Shown here: positions 1 through 9,439 of the stretch, piece after piece
How the letters are laid out: every line of letters starts with the position of its first letter
How positions within the stretch are numbered: position 1 is the stretch's first letter
NCBI RefSeq assembly: GCF_003602005.1
Contig: NZ_QZWD01000001.1
Coordinates: 176,641 to 208,640, forward strand
DNA from: Salinisphaera sp. Q1T1-3
Lineage (GTDB): Bacteria; Pseudomonadota; Gammaproteobacteria; Nevskiales; Salinisphaeraceae
DNA length: 32,000 bases
Reading direction: 5' to 3'
Made by a program: the position numbers and the translations under genes
Notes under the pieces: generated by a model
What the model was told of the DNA's origin: nothing
Database searches by the model: none
Seen by the model: the letters and a program-made list of their open reading frames with translations, nothing else

Positions 1-105
1 CTGATCGGCTTGTTCATCGTCTACGGCGTCGGGTTCTCGCACATCATGCCGGTCCACAATGCCGCGCACGACGTGCGGCATTCCGCGGTCTTTCCCTGCC
101 ACTGA
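1..105 (+). CDS. cbtB: 3' end of cobalt transporter subunit CbtB (partial, starts outside the window)
   Basis: Frame-1 translation LIGLFIVYGVGFSHIMPVHNAAHDVRHSAVFPCH* shows a hydrophobic helix followed by a His-rich ...FPCH C-terminus typical of CbtB. It lies directly upstream of cbtA. Confidence 0.6.
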   Translation: MIGLFIVYGVGFSHIMPVHNAAHDVRHSAVFPCH

Positions 106-215
106 GGCTGTGTACACGCAGGCGGCGTCATCGTCGCTGATTGATGCGCCGACCGGCGCGACACGCCAGGACGTGACGCGCGTCGGCCGGCACTTTCTGC
201 GTTGCCGAGCGAGAA

Positions 216-989
216 TTGGATGACATGCTGTTCAGACGACTGATTCTGTCGGCCGTCGGCATCGGGCTGATCGTGGGACTGCTTGCCGGTATCGGCGAAC
301 AGTTCTCGACCGCCCCATTGATTGCCGCGGCCGAACACTACGAACAACCCCATCACCATCACGCACATGCGGCCGATTCACACGGCCACGCGCACGACGA
401 TGGGGCCTGGGCACCTGGTGACGGGGCCGAACGGATCGTGTTCACGGTCATCGCCTCGATTGGTGTGGCAATCGGCTTTGCCTTGCTGCTGCTCGTGGCC
501 ATGAGCACTGCGCGCATGGCCCACGGCACGCCCATGAGCGCCGGACACGGCATCCTCTGGGGCATGGCGGCCTATCTGACGGTCTTCGTGGTGCCGGCCC
601 TGGGGCTGCCGCCGGAGGTGCCGGGCACGGCAGCAGCCGCACTGACCGATCGGCAAACCTGGTGGATCGCCACCGCGCTGGTCACCGCAATCGCCCTCTG
701 GGCCGCCTGTCTGTCGCCGCGACGCTATCGCGTCATCGCGCTGGCGCTGATCGGACTGCCGTTCATCATCGGTGCCCCCGAGCCGGCCACCGCGCCTTAT
801 GCCGGGCACGATCCCGCGGCCACAGCCGCACTCGAAGCGATCAGTCATCGCTTCATCATCGCCACCAGCGCGCTGAACCTCGTGCAGTGGCTCGTGATCG
901 GCGCGCTGGGCGGCCTGGCAATGCAACGCGGGATCGTGCCGGCCATTGAACGCGCCGCGCCGCGGGCATCGGCATCCGCACAGCGATGA
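216..989 (+). CDS. cbtA: Cobalt transporter subunit CbtA (multi-pass membrane protein with a His-rich loop)
   Basis: 257-aa ORF with several hydrophobic helices and the His-rich segment HHHHAHAADSHGHAHDD. It is the first complete gene of a cobaltochelatase cluster, and its stop overlaps the next start (ATGA at 986-989). Confidence 0.75.
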   Translation: MDDMLFRRLILSAVGIGLIVGLLAGIGEQFSTAPLIAAAEHYEQPHHHHAHAADSHGHAHDDGAWAPGDGAERIVFTVIASIGVAIGFALLLLVAMSTARMAHGTPMSAGHGILWGMAAYLTVFVVPALGLPPEVPGTAAAALTDRQTWWIATALVTAIALWAACLSPRRYRVIALALIGLPFIIGAPEPATAPYAGHDPAATAALEAISHRFIIATSALNLVQWLVIGALGGLAMQRGIVPAIERAAPRASASAQR

Positions 990-2761
990 ACGACACCCTG
1001 CTGCCTTTTTCGGGCGTCGTCGGTCAGTCATCGCTCAAGACCGCGCTGATTCTGGCCGCGATCGAGCCGCGGCTGGCCGGCGTGCTCATCTCAGGGCCCC
1101 GCGGTGTGGCCAAGTCGACGCTCGCGCGCGGGCTGGCGGCACTGGACCGGCAGGCCGAAGGACGTTTCGTGACGTTGCCCCTGGGCGCCGACATGCCCCA
1201 GGTGGTCGGCACTCTGAATCTGTCGCAGGCACTCGGCGCGGGCGAGGTGGCATTCGAGCCCGGGCTGATCGCAGCCGCGCACGGCGGCTATCTGTATATC
1301 GACGAGGTCAATCTTCTCGCCGATCCGCTCGTCGACGTCCTGCTGGATGTCGCGGCCTCGCGCATCAATCGTGTCGCGCGCGACGGCATCGTCCACGCCC
1401 ATCCGGCCGAGTTCGTGTTGATCGGAACCATGAACCCGGACGAGGGCACGCTCCGGCCACAGTTCTCGGATCGATTCGGTCTCTGTGTCGAGCTCGAGGC
1501 CGCGCCGTCAGCCGCCGAGCGGCGTGCGATCGTCGATGCGCGACTGGCCTTCGAAGCCGATCCGGCCGGCTTTGCCGATGCCCATCGCACCGCTGAGACA
1601 CGTCTGGCGGATGCGATCGAGGCGGCCCGTACACGGTTGACCGAAGTGGCTGTGCCCGATGCGGCCTGCGACACGATCGCACGGCGCTCGGCAGCAGCCG
1701 ACGTGGAAGGCGTGCGCGCCGATATCCACTGGCGCCAGGCGGCCCGCGCGCATGCCGCCTGGCGGGCACACGACACCGTCACCTCCGTCGATGTCGATGC
1801 CGTGGCCGAATTCGTGCTGTGTCATCGCCGCGGGCCCGGGGCCCGTCCAACCGATGATGCCGATGACGCGTCGCCGGATCGCGACGGTGGCCGAAACAGC
1901 GGTTCGAACGACGCGCCCGAAACCGGCCAGGCCGGTCATGACGACAGCCCCGTTTCCCGCGATCGGGATGACGACGCAGACGCCGGCACCGGCGACTGGG
2001 GCGGTATGCCGCCACGTCATGTCGGTGCCGCTGCACCGGTCACCCTGGCTCGTGAGTGGACACGACCGTCTCGCCGCGCCCCCATGCCGAGGCACGCCTC
2101 GGCACCGACTGCCAGCCGATTGGCGAACGGCCGGGTGCCGGCAATGCGCGCATTCGGCACCCATTCCCGGGATACCGGGGCCGGTGTCGACTGGTTCACG
2201 ACCCTGATGCATCGCGCGACGACCGGCGCACGAGACGAGTCGCCCTGTTTCCGACAGCCGCAGCCACGACGACAGCTTTTCGAATGTGTGTTGCTGGATA
2301 TGTCGGCCTCGACGCTCGCCCACGGCGGGCAGGCGCGGGCCCGCGCCGTGGTTGCGGCGATCAATCAGGCCGCTCACCGCGCGCGTTCATGGGCCGGTGT
2401 GATGGTTTTCCGTGGCCGGCAATGCGATTGGCTGGTCACGCCCGGCCGGGCCCGGGCATCGATCGACGGGTGCCTGGACTCGGCATCGGCCGGCGGCGGC
2501 ACGCCGCTTTCGGCTGCGCTGACCGAAGCCCGGGATCGCATCGAACAACAGTGCCGGCGCGCCCCTGAGCTGTCGGTTCGGACCTGGCTCATCACCGACG
2601 GTCGCGCTCGTCTTGATCCGACGCCAACGCGCTGGCCGTGGGAGTTGATCGTGGTCGATAGCGAGCTGACCCGCGTTCGTCTCGGCGGCGCCCGTCGGTT
2701 GGCGGCATCGCTGGGCGGCGTCTGCGTGACGCTGGACGACGTCGCCGGGTGTGCCCGATGA
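986..2761 (+). CDS. ChlD/BchD-like chelatase subunit: N-terminal AAA+ domain, acidic/Pro-rich linker and C-terminal VWA domain. Presumed CobN partner.
   Basis: Walker A-like GPRGVAKST and Walker B YLYIDEVNLL, plus ChlI/D-type blocks VGQSSLKTALILAAIEP and FVLIGTMNPDEGTLRPQFSDRFG. Acidic linker PTDDADDASPDRDGG...DRDDDADAGTGDWGG. C-terminal MIDAS-like LLDMSAS...GGGTPL. Confidence 0.8.
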   Translation: MNDTLLPFSGVVGQSSLKTALILAAIEPRLAGVLISGPRGVAKSTLARGLAALDRQAEGRFVTLPLGADMPQVVGTLNLSQALGAGEVAFEPGLIAAAHGGYLYIDEVNLLADPLVDVLLDVAASRINRVARDGIVHAHPAEFVLIGTMNPDEGTLRPQFSDRFGLCVELEAAPSAAERRAIVDARLAFEADPAGFADAHRTAETRLADAIEAARTRLTEVAVPDAACDTIARRSAAADVEGVRADIHWRQAARAHAAWRAHDTVTSVDVDAVAEFVLCHRRGPGARPTDDADDASPDRDGGRNSGSNDAPETGQAGHDDSPVSRDRDDDADAGTGDWGGMPPRHVGAAAPVTLAREWTRPSRRAPMPRHASAPTASRLANGRVPAMRAFGTHSRDTGAGVDWFTTLMHRATTGARDESPCFRQPQPRRQLFECVLLDMSASTLAHGGQARARAVVAAINQAAHRARSWAGVMVFRGRQCDWLVTPGRARASIDGCLDSASAGGGTPLSAALTEARDRIEQQCRRAPELSVRTWLITDGRARLDPTPTRWPWELIVVDSELTRVRLGGARRLAASLGGVCVTLDDVAGCAR

Positions 2762-4083
2762 CCGCTCAGCAGACCTGTGCCGCGCTCATGATTGCCGCGC
2801 CGGCCTCCGGTCAGGGCAAGACGACGGTGACGGCCGGCCTGGCCCGGCTGCTCACGCGGCGCGGCAGGCGCGTGGCCGTGTTCAAGACAGGCCCCGATTA
2901 TCTGGACCCGCAGATTCTCGCCGCTGCGGCCGATACACCGGTCGAGCCGCTCGATCTCTGGATGGCAGGGCCGGATTATTGTGGCCAGCGATTGGCCGAG
3001 GCCGCCGCCGAAGCCGACGTGATTCTCGTCGAGGGGGCGATGGGACTGTACGACGGCGATCCCTCGAGCGCCGATCTCGCCGCCACGTTCGGCCTGCCGG
3101 TGGCACTCGTGTTCGACTGCAAGGGCATGGCCCAGACCGTCGGCGCGCTGGCGCGCGGACTCGCCGATGCGCGTGTCGATCTGCGCGTGACCGGTGTCTT
3201 CGGCAACGGCATCGGCAGTGCACGTCATGCCGATCTGATCGCCGACAGTCTGCCGGAAGACATGGCCTGGCTGGGCACGCTGGCGCGTGATGCACATCTC
3301 GCGCTGCCGCATCGGCATCTCGGGCTGGTCGGGCCCGACGAGCCGGGCAGCGAGGTCTCGGCGCGGCTCGATGCCATCGCCGACGCTCTGGAACCGGGCG
3401 CACTGGAAAGTGCAGCGCGCCATGTGCGTTTTCCCGTTCGGCCCGCGGCCGTGCCATCGAGATGGCTCGCCGGCCATCGTATCGGCATCGCCCGCGATGC
3501 AGCCTTCAGCTTCGTCTATGCCGCAAACGAGCGACTGCTGGCAGCGATGGGCGCCACGCTGGTCCATTTTTCGCCGCTGAGCGATCACGAACTGCCGGAT
3601 GTGGATGCCCTCTGGCTGCCCGGCGGCTATCCCGAACTGCACGGGGCCGCGTTGGCCGGGAACACAGCCATGCGCGGCGCGCTGGCGTCCTTCCATGCGG
3701 CCGACAGACCGATACTCGCCGAATGCGGCGGCATGCTGTATCTCCAGCAGAGTCTGACCATGCTCGATGGCACCACGCATCGCATGATGGCGCTGTTGCC
3801 CGGCACGGCACGCATGCGTGACCGGGGCGGCTGTCAGGGCATGCAGACCGCGCCGCTGCCGGAAGGCGAGATCCGGGGCCATGCCCATCATCGCTCGATG
3901 AGCGAGGGGCAGGCAGCGCCCATCGCCCACGGGCGTCGCGCCCGGCATCCGGCCCCCGGCGAGGCCATCATTCGCGATCGCGCCCTGACGGCGACCTATC
4001 TGCATCTGTTCTTCGCATCCAACCCGCTGGCGGTAGCGCGCCTGTTCGGCGCCCGAGTCGATGCACCGACCATCCCGGCCTGA
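2758..4083 (+). CDS. cobB: Hydrogenobyrinate/cobyrinate a,c-diamide synthase (CobB/CbiA)
   Basis: N-terminal P-loop-like MIAAPASGQGKTTVTAGLARLL and a C-terminal amidotransferase-type block ILAECGGMLYL. The ATG at 2758 overlaps the upstream TGA (ATGA). The ORF track begins at GTG 2749. Confidence 0.85.
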   Translation: MTAQQTCAALMIAAPASGQGKTTVTAGLARLLTRRGRRVAVFKTGPDYLDPQILAAAADTPVEPLDLWMAGPDYCGQRLAEAAAEADVILVEGAMGLYDGDPSSADLAATFGLPVALVFDCKGMAQTVGALARGLADARVDLRVTGVFGNGIGSARHADLIADSLPEDMAWLGTLARDAHLALPHRHLGLVGPDEPGSEVSARLDAIADALEPGALESAARHVRFPVRPAAVPSRWLAGHRIGIARDAAFSFVYAANERLLAAMGATLVHFSPLSDHELPDVDALWLPGGYPELHGAALAGNTAMRGALASFHAADRPILAECGGMLYLQQSLTMLDGTTHRMMALLPGTARMRDRGGCQGMQTAPLPEGEIRGHAHHRSMSEGQAAPIAHGRRARHPAPGEAIIRDRALTATYLHLFFASNPLAVARLFGARVDAPTIPA

Positions 4084-4104
4084 TTCCCAAACGGAGCCCC
4101 TGCC

Positions 4105-5196
4105 ATGCAACTCGACAAGATTCATGCAACCGTGGTCACCGGTTTTCTCGGCAGCGGCAAGACCACGCTGCTGTCGCACCTCATCGCCAACGCCGGCGAC
4201 AAGCGCATCGCGGTGATCGTCAACGAATTCGGCGAGATGGATATCGATGCCGAACTCCTGCGCGGCTGCCCGCTCGATTGTGACGACGCGCCAGGCAGCG
4301 AAAGCGAGGACGGCGTCTACGAGCTGGCCAACGGTTGTATCTGTTGCACCGTGCAGGAGGAGTTCGTGCCGGTGATGAAAAAACTGATCGAAAAACGCGA
4401 CACGATCGATCATATCGTGATCGAAACCTCCGGCCTGGCGTTGCCCAAGCCGCTGGTCCAGGCGTTCAACTGGCCGGAGATCAAGCAGCACTGCACCGTC
4501 GACTCGGTGATCGCGGTACTGGACGGCCCGGCGATCGCGGCCGGCACCTGGGCCGCCGATCCGGCCGCCGTCGACAACGCGCGCCGCGCCGACGCATCGC
4601 TGGACCATGACCCGAGTCTCGCCGAGCTGCTAGACGATCAGCTGGCCGCGGCCGACATGGCCGTCGTCTCCAAGGCCGACCAGCTGGATGAGCGGGCGCG
4701 CACGACGGTCTCAACCTGGCTGGAGGCGCGCCTGCCGGCCACGGTCAAGACCCTGTTCGTGGCCAACGGCGCGGTCGATGCCGAACTGTTGACCGGCCTG
4801 GACGCACAGACCGAGCAGCGTATCGAGGCCATCACGACGCACCACGATGCACATCACGAGGCCGGCGAGGCCCACGAACATGCCCACGATCATTTCGATT
4901 CCACGGTGATCACCCTGGGGCCGGTGGACGGTACCCGTCTGCAGACGGCGCTGCGCCAACTCATCAGCGAGCAGACGATCTATCGCGTCAAGGGATTCGT
5001 GGCCGACGGCGACAAGCCGATGCGCCAGGTCGTCCAGGGCGTGGGCGAACGCATCTCGCATTACTTCGACCGGCTGTGGACGTCGGACGAGCAGCGCCAG
5101 ACACGGCTGGTATTCATCGGTCATGGACTGAACGTGGCGCGTATCCGAGAAGCGGTCTCGGCCACTGAAGACAGCCCCGCGACCACCGACGCCTAG
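4105..5196 (+). CDS. cobW: CobW, COG0523 GTPase metallochaperone
   Basis: P-loop GFLGSGKTTLL, CICCTV (CxCC) metal motif, and the His-rich stretch HHDAHHEAGEAHEHAHDH. Located between cobB and cobN. Confidence 0.85.
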   Translation: MQLDKIHATVVTGFLGSGKTTLLSHLIANAGDKRIAVIVNEFGEMDIDAELLRGCPLDCDDAPGSESEDGVYELANGCICCTVQEEFVPVMKKLIEKRDTIDHIVIETSGLALPKPLVQAFNWPEIKQHCTVDSVIAVLDGPAIAAGTWAADPAAVDNARRADASLDHDPSLAELLDDQLAAADMAVVSKADQLDERARTTVSTWLEARLPATVKTLFVANGAVDAELLTGLDAQTEQRIEAITTHHDAHHEAGEAHEHAHDHFDSTVITLGPVDGTRLQTALRQLISEQTIYRVKGFVADGDKPMRQVVQGVGERISHYFDRLWTSDEQRQTRLVFIGHGLNVARIREAVSATEDSPATTDA

Positions 5197-5202
5197 CCAC
5201 CG

Positions 5203-8200
5203 GTGCACTTGCTCGCGGCACAACCGGGCGGTTTCACCGACGACGACGGCATCATCGATCTCGATCAGTCGCCGGGCGATGTGGTGATCATGGCCGCGGC
5301 CGACGGTGTGCTCGGTCTGCTCGCCGAGCGCATCGAACGGCAGCCGGCCGGCGGACCCAGCGTCCGTCTGGCCAATTGGCGGAATCTCGCCAACCCGGCG
5401 GCACTCGACCTGTATCGCGACAAGACACTGGATCGGGCCCGCCTGGTCATCGTCGCCCTGACCGGGGGCACGAGTTACTGGCCGTATGGTGTCGAACAGC
5501 TGCGCGCCTGGGCAAGCGAGGCCCCGGGGCGTGATCTCGTGCTCGTGCCGGGCGAGGATTACCCCGACGATGATCTGTTCGCGGCCTGCACGGTCGACGA
5601 GGACATCGCCCATCGCATCTGGCGTTATCTGCGTGAGGGCGGGCTCACCAATGCCGACGGGCTGCTGGCCTACGTGGCGGCGACATTCTTCGATGCCGAT
5701 CAACCGTGGCAGCCCCCCGTGCCGCTGGCGCGCACCATCGTCTACCATCCGAGCCGGCGATCGGCCGCACTGGCCGATTGGCAGACCGCCTGGCCGACCG
5801 GCGACGATCGGCCCGTAGCACTGTTGCTCTTGTATCGAAGCCACCTGCAGAACGGCAACATGGCGGTCTTCGATGCCTTGATCGAGACCCTGATCGCGCG
5901 CGGCCTGAATCCGCTACCGGTTGCCGTGGCCTCGCTCAAGGAAACCGACTGTCTGGCCGCCGTCGATGCGCTGATCACGGACGCCGATGTCCGTGTGGTG
6001 CTCAATACGACCGGGTTCGCCCAGCGCGCTGCGACCAATGCGGCCGCCGCCTCGGAGCCGGGCACCGGCCAGGCCATGTTCGGGCGTGATATCCCCGTGC
6101 TGCAGCTGATTCTGTCGAGCACGACCCGGGCGGTCTGGGCGGCACACGACGCCGGTCTGCGCGCGCGGGATCTGGCCATGTACGTGGTGCTGCCGGAGCT
6201 GGACGGGCGTATCGTGACCCGCGCCGTCGGCTTCAAGACCCGGGCATGGCACAGCCAGGCCTGCCAGATCGATGTCGTGCGCCACGAGATTCTGGCCGAT
6301 CGCGCCGTCTTCGTCGCCGATCTCGCCCGGCGCTGGGCTCGCCTGCAGACGATACCCGCCGCTGACAAGCGCGTGGCGCTGGTGCTGGCCAACAACCCCG
6401 GCACCGACGGACGCATCGGCAACGGGGTGGGGCTGGATACCCCCGCGGCCACCCACAACATCCTCCACGCGTTGCGCGAGGCCGGCTATAACATCGGATC
6501 GCTGCCCGAAACGCCGGCTGCGCTCATGTCGGCGCTGTGTGCGGCACTCAGCAACGACAGCGCGACCAACGATCTCAAGCCGACCTGGCAGAGCATTGAC
6601 CTGGCCACCTACGAGCGCTGGTTCGAGACGCTGCCGAGTGCGGCACGGCAGGCGGTTTACGAGCGCTGGGGCACACCGCAGGACGATCCGAGACATCGCG
6701 ACGGGCGAATCGCCGTGGCCGGTCTGCGTTTCGGCCATGTGTTCGTCGGGCCGCAGCCGCCGCGCGGGTTCGATATCGATCTTGCGGCCAGCTATCACGA
6801 TCCGGATCTGGTGCCGCCACACGGCTATCTGGCGTTCTACGCCTGGCTGCGCACGGTCTTTTCCGTCGATGCGGTGGTCAACGTCGGCAAGCACGGCAAT
6901 CTGGAATGGCTGCCCGGCAAGGCCGTGGCGCTGTCGGCGACCTGCTGGCCCGATCTTGTGCTCGGCCCCATGCCGCAGCTCTACCCCTTCATCGTCAACG
7001 ATCCGGGCGAGGGCGCCCAGGCCAAACGGCGCAGTCAGGCCGTGATCATCGATCACATGACGCCGCCGATCGTGCGCGCCGAAACGTACGGCGAGCTCGC
7101 GACCCTGGAGACGCTCGTCGACGAATACTTCGAGGCCCGGGGACTGGACACGCGTCGCGAAGCCCATCTGCGCGAGCGCATCCTCGCCGTTGCGCGCGAC
7201 AGCCATATCGCCCGCGAGATCGCCGGTACGGATACGGCCGACGACGATGTGATCCTCGATTCGCTCGATACCTATATCTGCGAACTCAAGGAGGCCCAGA
7301 TCCGCGGCGGCCTGCACCGCTTCGGCGAGATGCCCGACCGGACCCTGCTGGCCGAAACGCTCGTGGCACTCGTACGCATGTCACGCGGCGATGCGCCCGC
7401 CGATCGCAGCCTGATCCAGGCACTGGCCGATGATCTCGGCCTCGGCGACCACGATTTTCTGGACACGGCCAATGACGGTCCCTGGCACGGCCCACGCCCG
7501 CCGTGCCTGCAGGCGGTCAGCGATGCCGGCTGGCGGACGATCGGCCACACCCGGACACGTCTGGAACAATTCGCGGGCCGTCTGGTCGAGCGTGCCGTGC
7601 TGGATGATGATCGCAGCGCCGTCGCCGCGCTGCCGGCGACCCGACGTCTGGTCGATTATCTGGGCGATACGCTGCTGCCGGCCCTGACCCGCGGCGTGGC
7701 CGACGAGATGCGGCACACGCTCGCCGGGCTCGCCGGACGTTTCGTGCCGCCGGGGCCGTCGGGCGCACCGACCCGCGGCCGGCTTGATACGCTGCCGACC
7801 GGGCGCAATTTCTACGCCGTCGACAGTCGGGCGATCCCCACGCGCACGGCCTGGACACTCGGCCAGGCATCGGCGACGGCATTCGTGAACCGTCATCTCC
7901 AGGAACACGGCGATTATCCGCGCGCCATCGGTCTGTCGGTCTGGGGCACCGCCACGATGCGCACTGGCGGTGACGATATCGCGCAGGCGTTCGCGCTGAT
8001 GGGGATCGCCCCGGTCTGGGCGGCCGGTGGCAGCCGCGTCGTGGATTTCACCATCACACCGGCATTTCAGCTCGGCCGGCCGCGCGTCGACGTGACGCTA
8101 CGAGTCTCGGGATTCTTCCGGGATGCATTCGCCAACCTGATTCGTCTGTTCGATGCCGCAGTCACGGCCCTCGCCGAATTCGAGGAACCGGGGCAGACCA

Positions 8201-9012
8201 ATACGATTCGGTCTGCCGTGCAACATCGGGCCGCGGCACTCGTCGCCGAGGGCGTCACGCCGACGGATGCACAGCGCCAGGCCGCTTATCGGGTATTCGG
8301 CGCTCGGCCCGGTGCCTATGGCGCGGGGCTGTCCGAAATCGTTTCCTCCGGAGCCTGGCAGGACGCGCGCGATCTGGCCAATGCCTACATCGAGCGCGGC
8401 GGGCATGCCTACGGCCAGACGGCCTATGGCGAACCGGCACACGCCGCATTCGTCGACCGGCTGGCCGGGATCGAGGCCGTGCTGCACAACCAGGACAATC
8501 GTGAACACGACGTGCTCGACTCGGCCGACTATTACCAGTTCCAGGGTGGCATGGCCCAGGCGGCCGGAGCGGCCCGCGACGGGGCGGCGCCGGCCATCTA
8601 TCACGCCGATCACAGCAATCCGGCCTCACCGCGCGTGCGCACGCTGAACGAGGAGCTCAGCCGGGTAATCCGTGCGCGGGTGACCAACCCGAAATGGATC
8701 GAAGCCATGCAGGATCATGGCTACAAGGGCGCTGCGGAAATGGCCGCGACCGTGGATTATCTATTCGCCTACGATGCCACGACCGGCGCGGTGCGCGACG
8801 ATCAGTACGCCGCTGTTAGCGATGCACTACTGCACGATGAGGCCAATCGGGCCTTCATGTCCTGCGCCAACCCGGCCGCGCTCGGCGAGATGGCCGAGCG
8901 CCTGCTGGAAGCCATGCAGCGAGGCCTCTGGCACGAGCCGGGCCCGCATCGGGAACGCGTCGAAGCGGCACTGCTCGAACTCGACGAGCGCCGAGAGCAG
9001 GCACTGGATTAG
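5203..9012 (+). CDS. cobN: Cobaltochelatase large subunit CobN
   Basis: 1269-aa ORF with a GTG start giving the (M)HLLAAQPGG... N-terminus typical of CobN/ChlH. Its size and its context with cobW and the ChlD-like gene fit. Confidence 0.9.
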   Translation: MHLLAAQPGGFTDDDGIIDLDQSPGDVVIMAAADGVLGLLAERIERQPAGGPSVRLANWRNLANPAALDLYRDKTLDRARLVIVALTGGTSYWPYGVEQLRAWASEAPGRDLVLVPGEDYPDDDLFAACTVDEDIAHRIWRYLREGGLTNADGLLAYVAATFFDADQPWQPPVPLARTIVYHPSRRSAALADWQTAWPTGDDRPVALLLLYRSHLQNGNMAVFDALIETLIARGLNPLPVAVASLKETDCLAAVDALITDADVRVVLNTTGFAQRAATNAAAASEPGTGQAMFGRDIPVLQLILSSTTRAVWAAHDAGLRARDLAMYVVLPELDGRIVTRAVGFKTRAWHSQACQIDVVRHEILADRAVFVADLARRWARLQTIPAADKRVALVLANNPGTDGRIGNGVGLDTPAATHNILHALREAGYNIGSLPETPAALMSALCAALSNDSATNDLKPTWQSIDLATYERWFETLPSAARQAVYERWGTPQDDPRHRDGRIAVAGLRFGHVFVGPQPPRGFDIDLAASYHDPDLVPPHGYLAFYAWLRTVFSVDAVVNVGKHGNLEWLPGKAVALSATCWPDLVLGPMPQLYPFIVNDPGEGAQAKRRSQAVIIDHMTPPIVRAETYGELATLETLVDEYFEARGLDTRREAHLRERILAVARDSHIAREIAGTDTADDDVILDSLDTYICELKEAQIRGGLHRFGEMPDRTLLAETLVALVRMSRGDAPADRSLIQALADDLGLGDHDFLDTANDGPWHGPRPPCLQAVSDAGWRTIGHTRTRLEQFAGRLVERAVLDDDRSAVAALPATRRLVDYLGDTLLPALTRGVADEMRHTLAGLAGRFVPPGPSGAPTRGRLDTLPTGRNFYAVDSRAIPTRTAWTLGQASATAFVNRHLQEHGDYPRAIGLSVWGTATMRTGGDDIAQAFALMGIAPVWAAGGSRVVDFTITPAFQLGRPRVDVTLRVSGFFRDAFANLIRLFDAAVTALAEFEEPGQTNTIRSAVQHRAAALVAEGVTPTDAQRQAAYRVFGARPGAYGAGLSEIVSSGAWQDARDLANAYIERGGHAYGQTAYGEPAHAAFVDRLAGIEAVLHNQDNREHDVLDSADYYQFQGGMAQAAGAARDGAAPAIYHADHSNPASPRVRTLNEELSRVIRARVTNPKWIEAMQDHGYKGAAEMAATVDYLFAYDATTGAVRDDQYAAVSDALLHDEANRAFMSCANPAALGEMAERLLEAMQRGLWHEPGPHRERVEAALLELDERREQALD

Positions 9013-9035
9013 GGCCTGTTATTAATCCGGCCCCC

Positions 9036-9064
9036 AAACAGCTGACGACGTCAGCTGTTTTCAA
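9036..9064 (+). terminator. Rho-independent terminator-like hairpin downstream of cobN
   Basis: Perfect palindrome AAACAGCTGACG/CGTCAGCTGTTT (9036-9060) followed by TTTTC. Confidence 0.6.
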
Positions 9065-9102
9065 CGCCATCGAAAGAAACGCCGGCCCTTGTCCGTCTTT
9101 TT

Positions 9103-9377
9103 AGGAACCTCTGATCTATTCATCCACGGTTGCGTTTGAGTCCCAAAAGGCCACGATACAAGGCGCATGGCGCCGCGTCATAGCCACGCCATGATCCAGC
9201 CATGCAACGCCGTAGCGCGGCCTTTTGGGCCAAACCGCTTAGCGGCCGGGCTTTTGCGCGCGCCTGAGCGGCGTTGCCGCTCGCTCATTTGCATTCAGCA
9301 AACGGCGCTCGCGGCGTCTTGTCAGACGCGCGCAAAAGACACCGGCGCGACCGTAGATGAATAGATCAGAGGTTCCT
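9103..9377. mobile_element. MITE-like structured intergenic repeat, copy A (~275 bp)
   Basis: Perfect 22-nt terminal inverted repeat: AGGAACCTCTGATCTATTCATC (9103-9124) and its reverse complement (9356-9377). It extends to 27 nt with one mismatch. The interior forms two long hairpins: 9142-9229 with CCCAAAAGGCC/GGCCTTTTGGG arms, and 9251-9338 with CTTTTGCGCGCGCCTGA/TCAGACGCGCGCAAAAG arms. Confidence 0.6.
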
Positions 9378-9439
9378 TTATTTTCAATGGCTTCACGGCC
9401 GCTGGCCGTGGCGCGCGTGCTGTCGCACATGGCCGCGTT

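Noticed and set aside
106-215. Cobalamin riboswitch in the cbtB-cbtA spacer
   Set aside because: The spacer is only about 110 nt, and I could not find a B12-box-like core. A riboswitch, if present, would be expected upstream of cbtB, outside the window. The spacer instead shows similarity to the intergenic repeat family.
2374-4608. 744-aa ORF on the - strand spanning cobB/cobW. Similar long antisense ORFs include 378-1031, 1508-2377, 4711-5844, 5914-7317, 18194-19048, 19871-20710, 21272-22201 and 24729-25421.
   Set aside because: These are shadow ORFs opposite well-supported genes in GC-rich DNA. Their translations are Arg/Gly/Pro/Ala-rich and carry no recognisable motifs.
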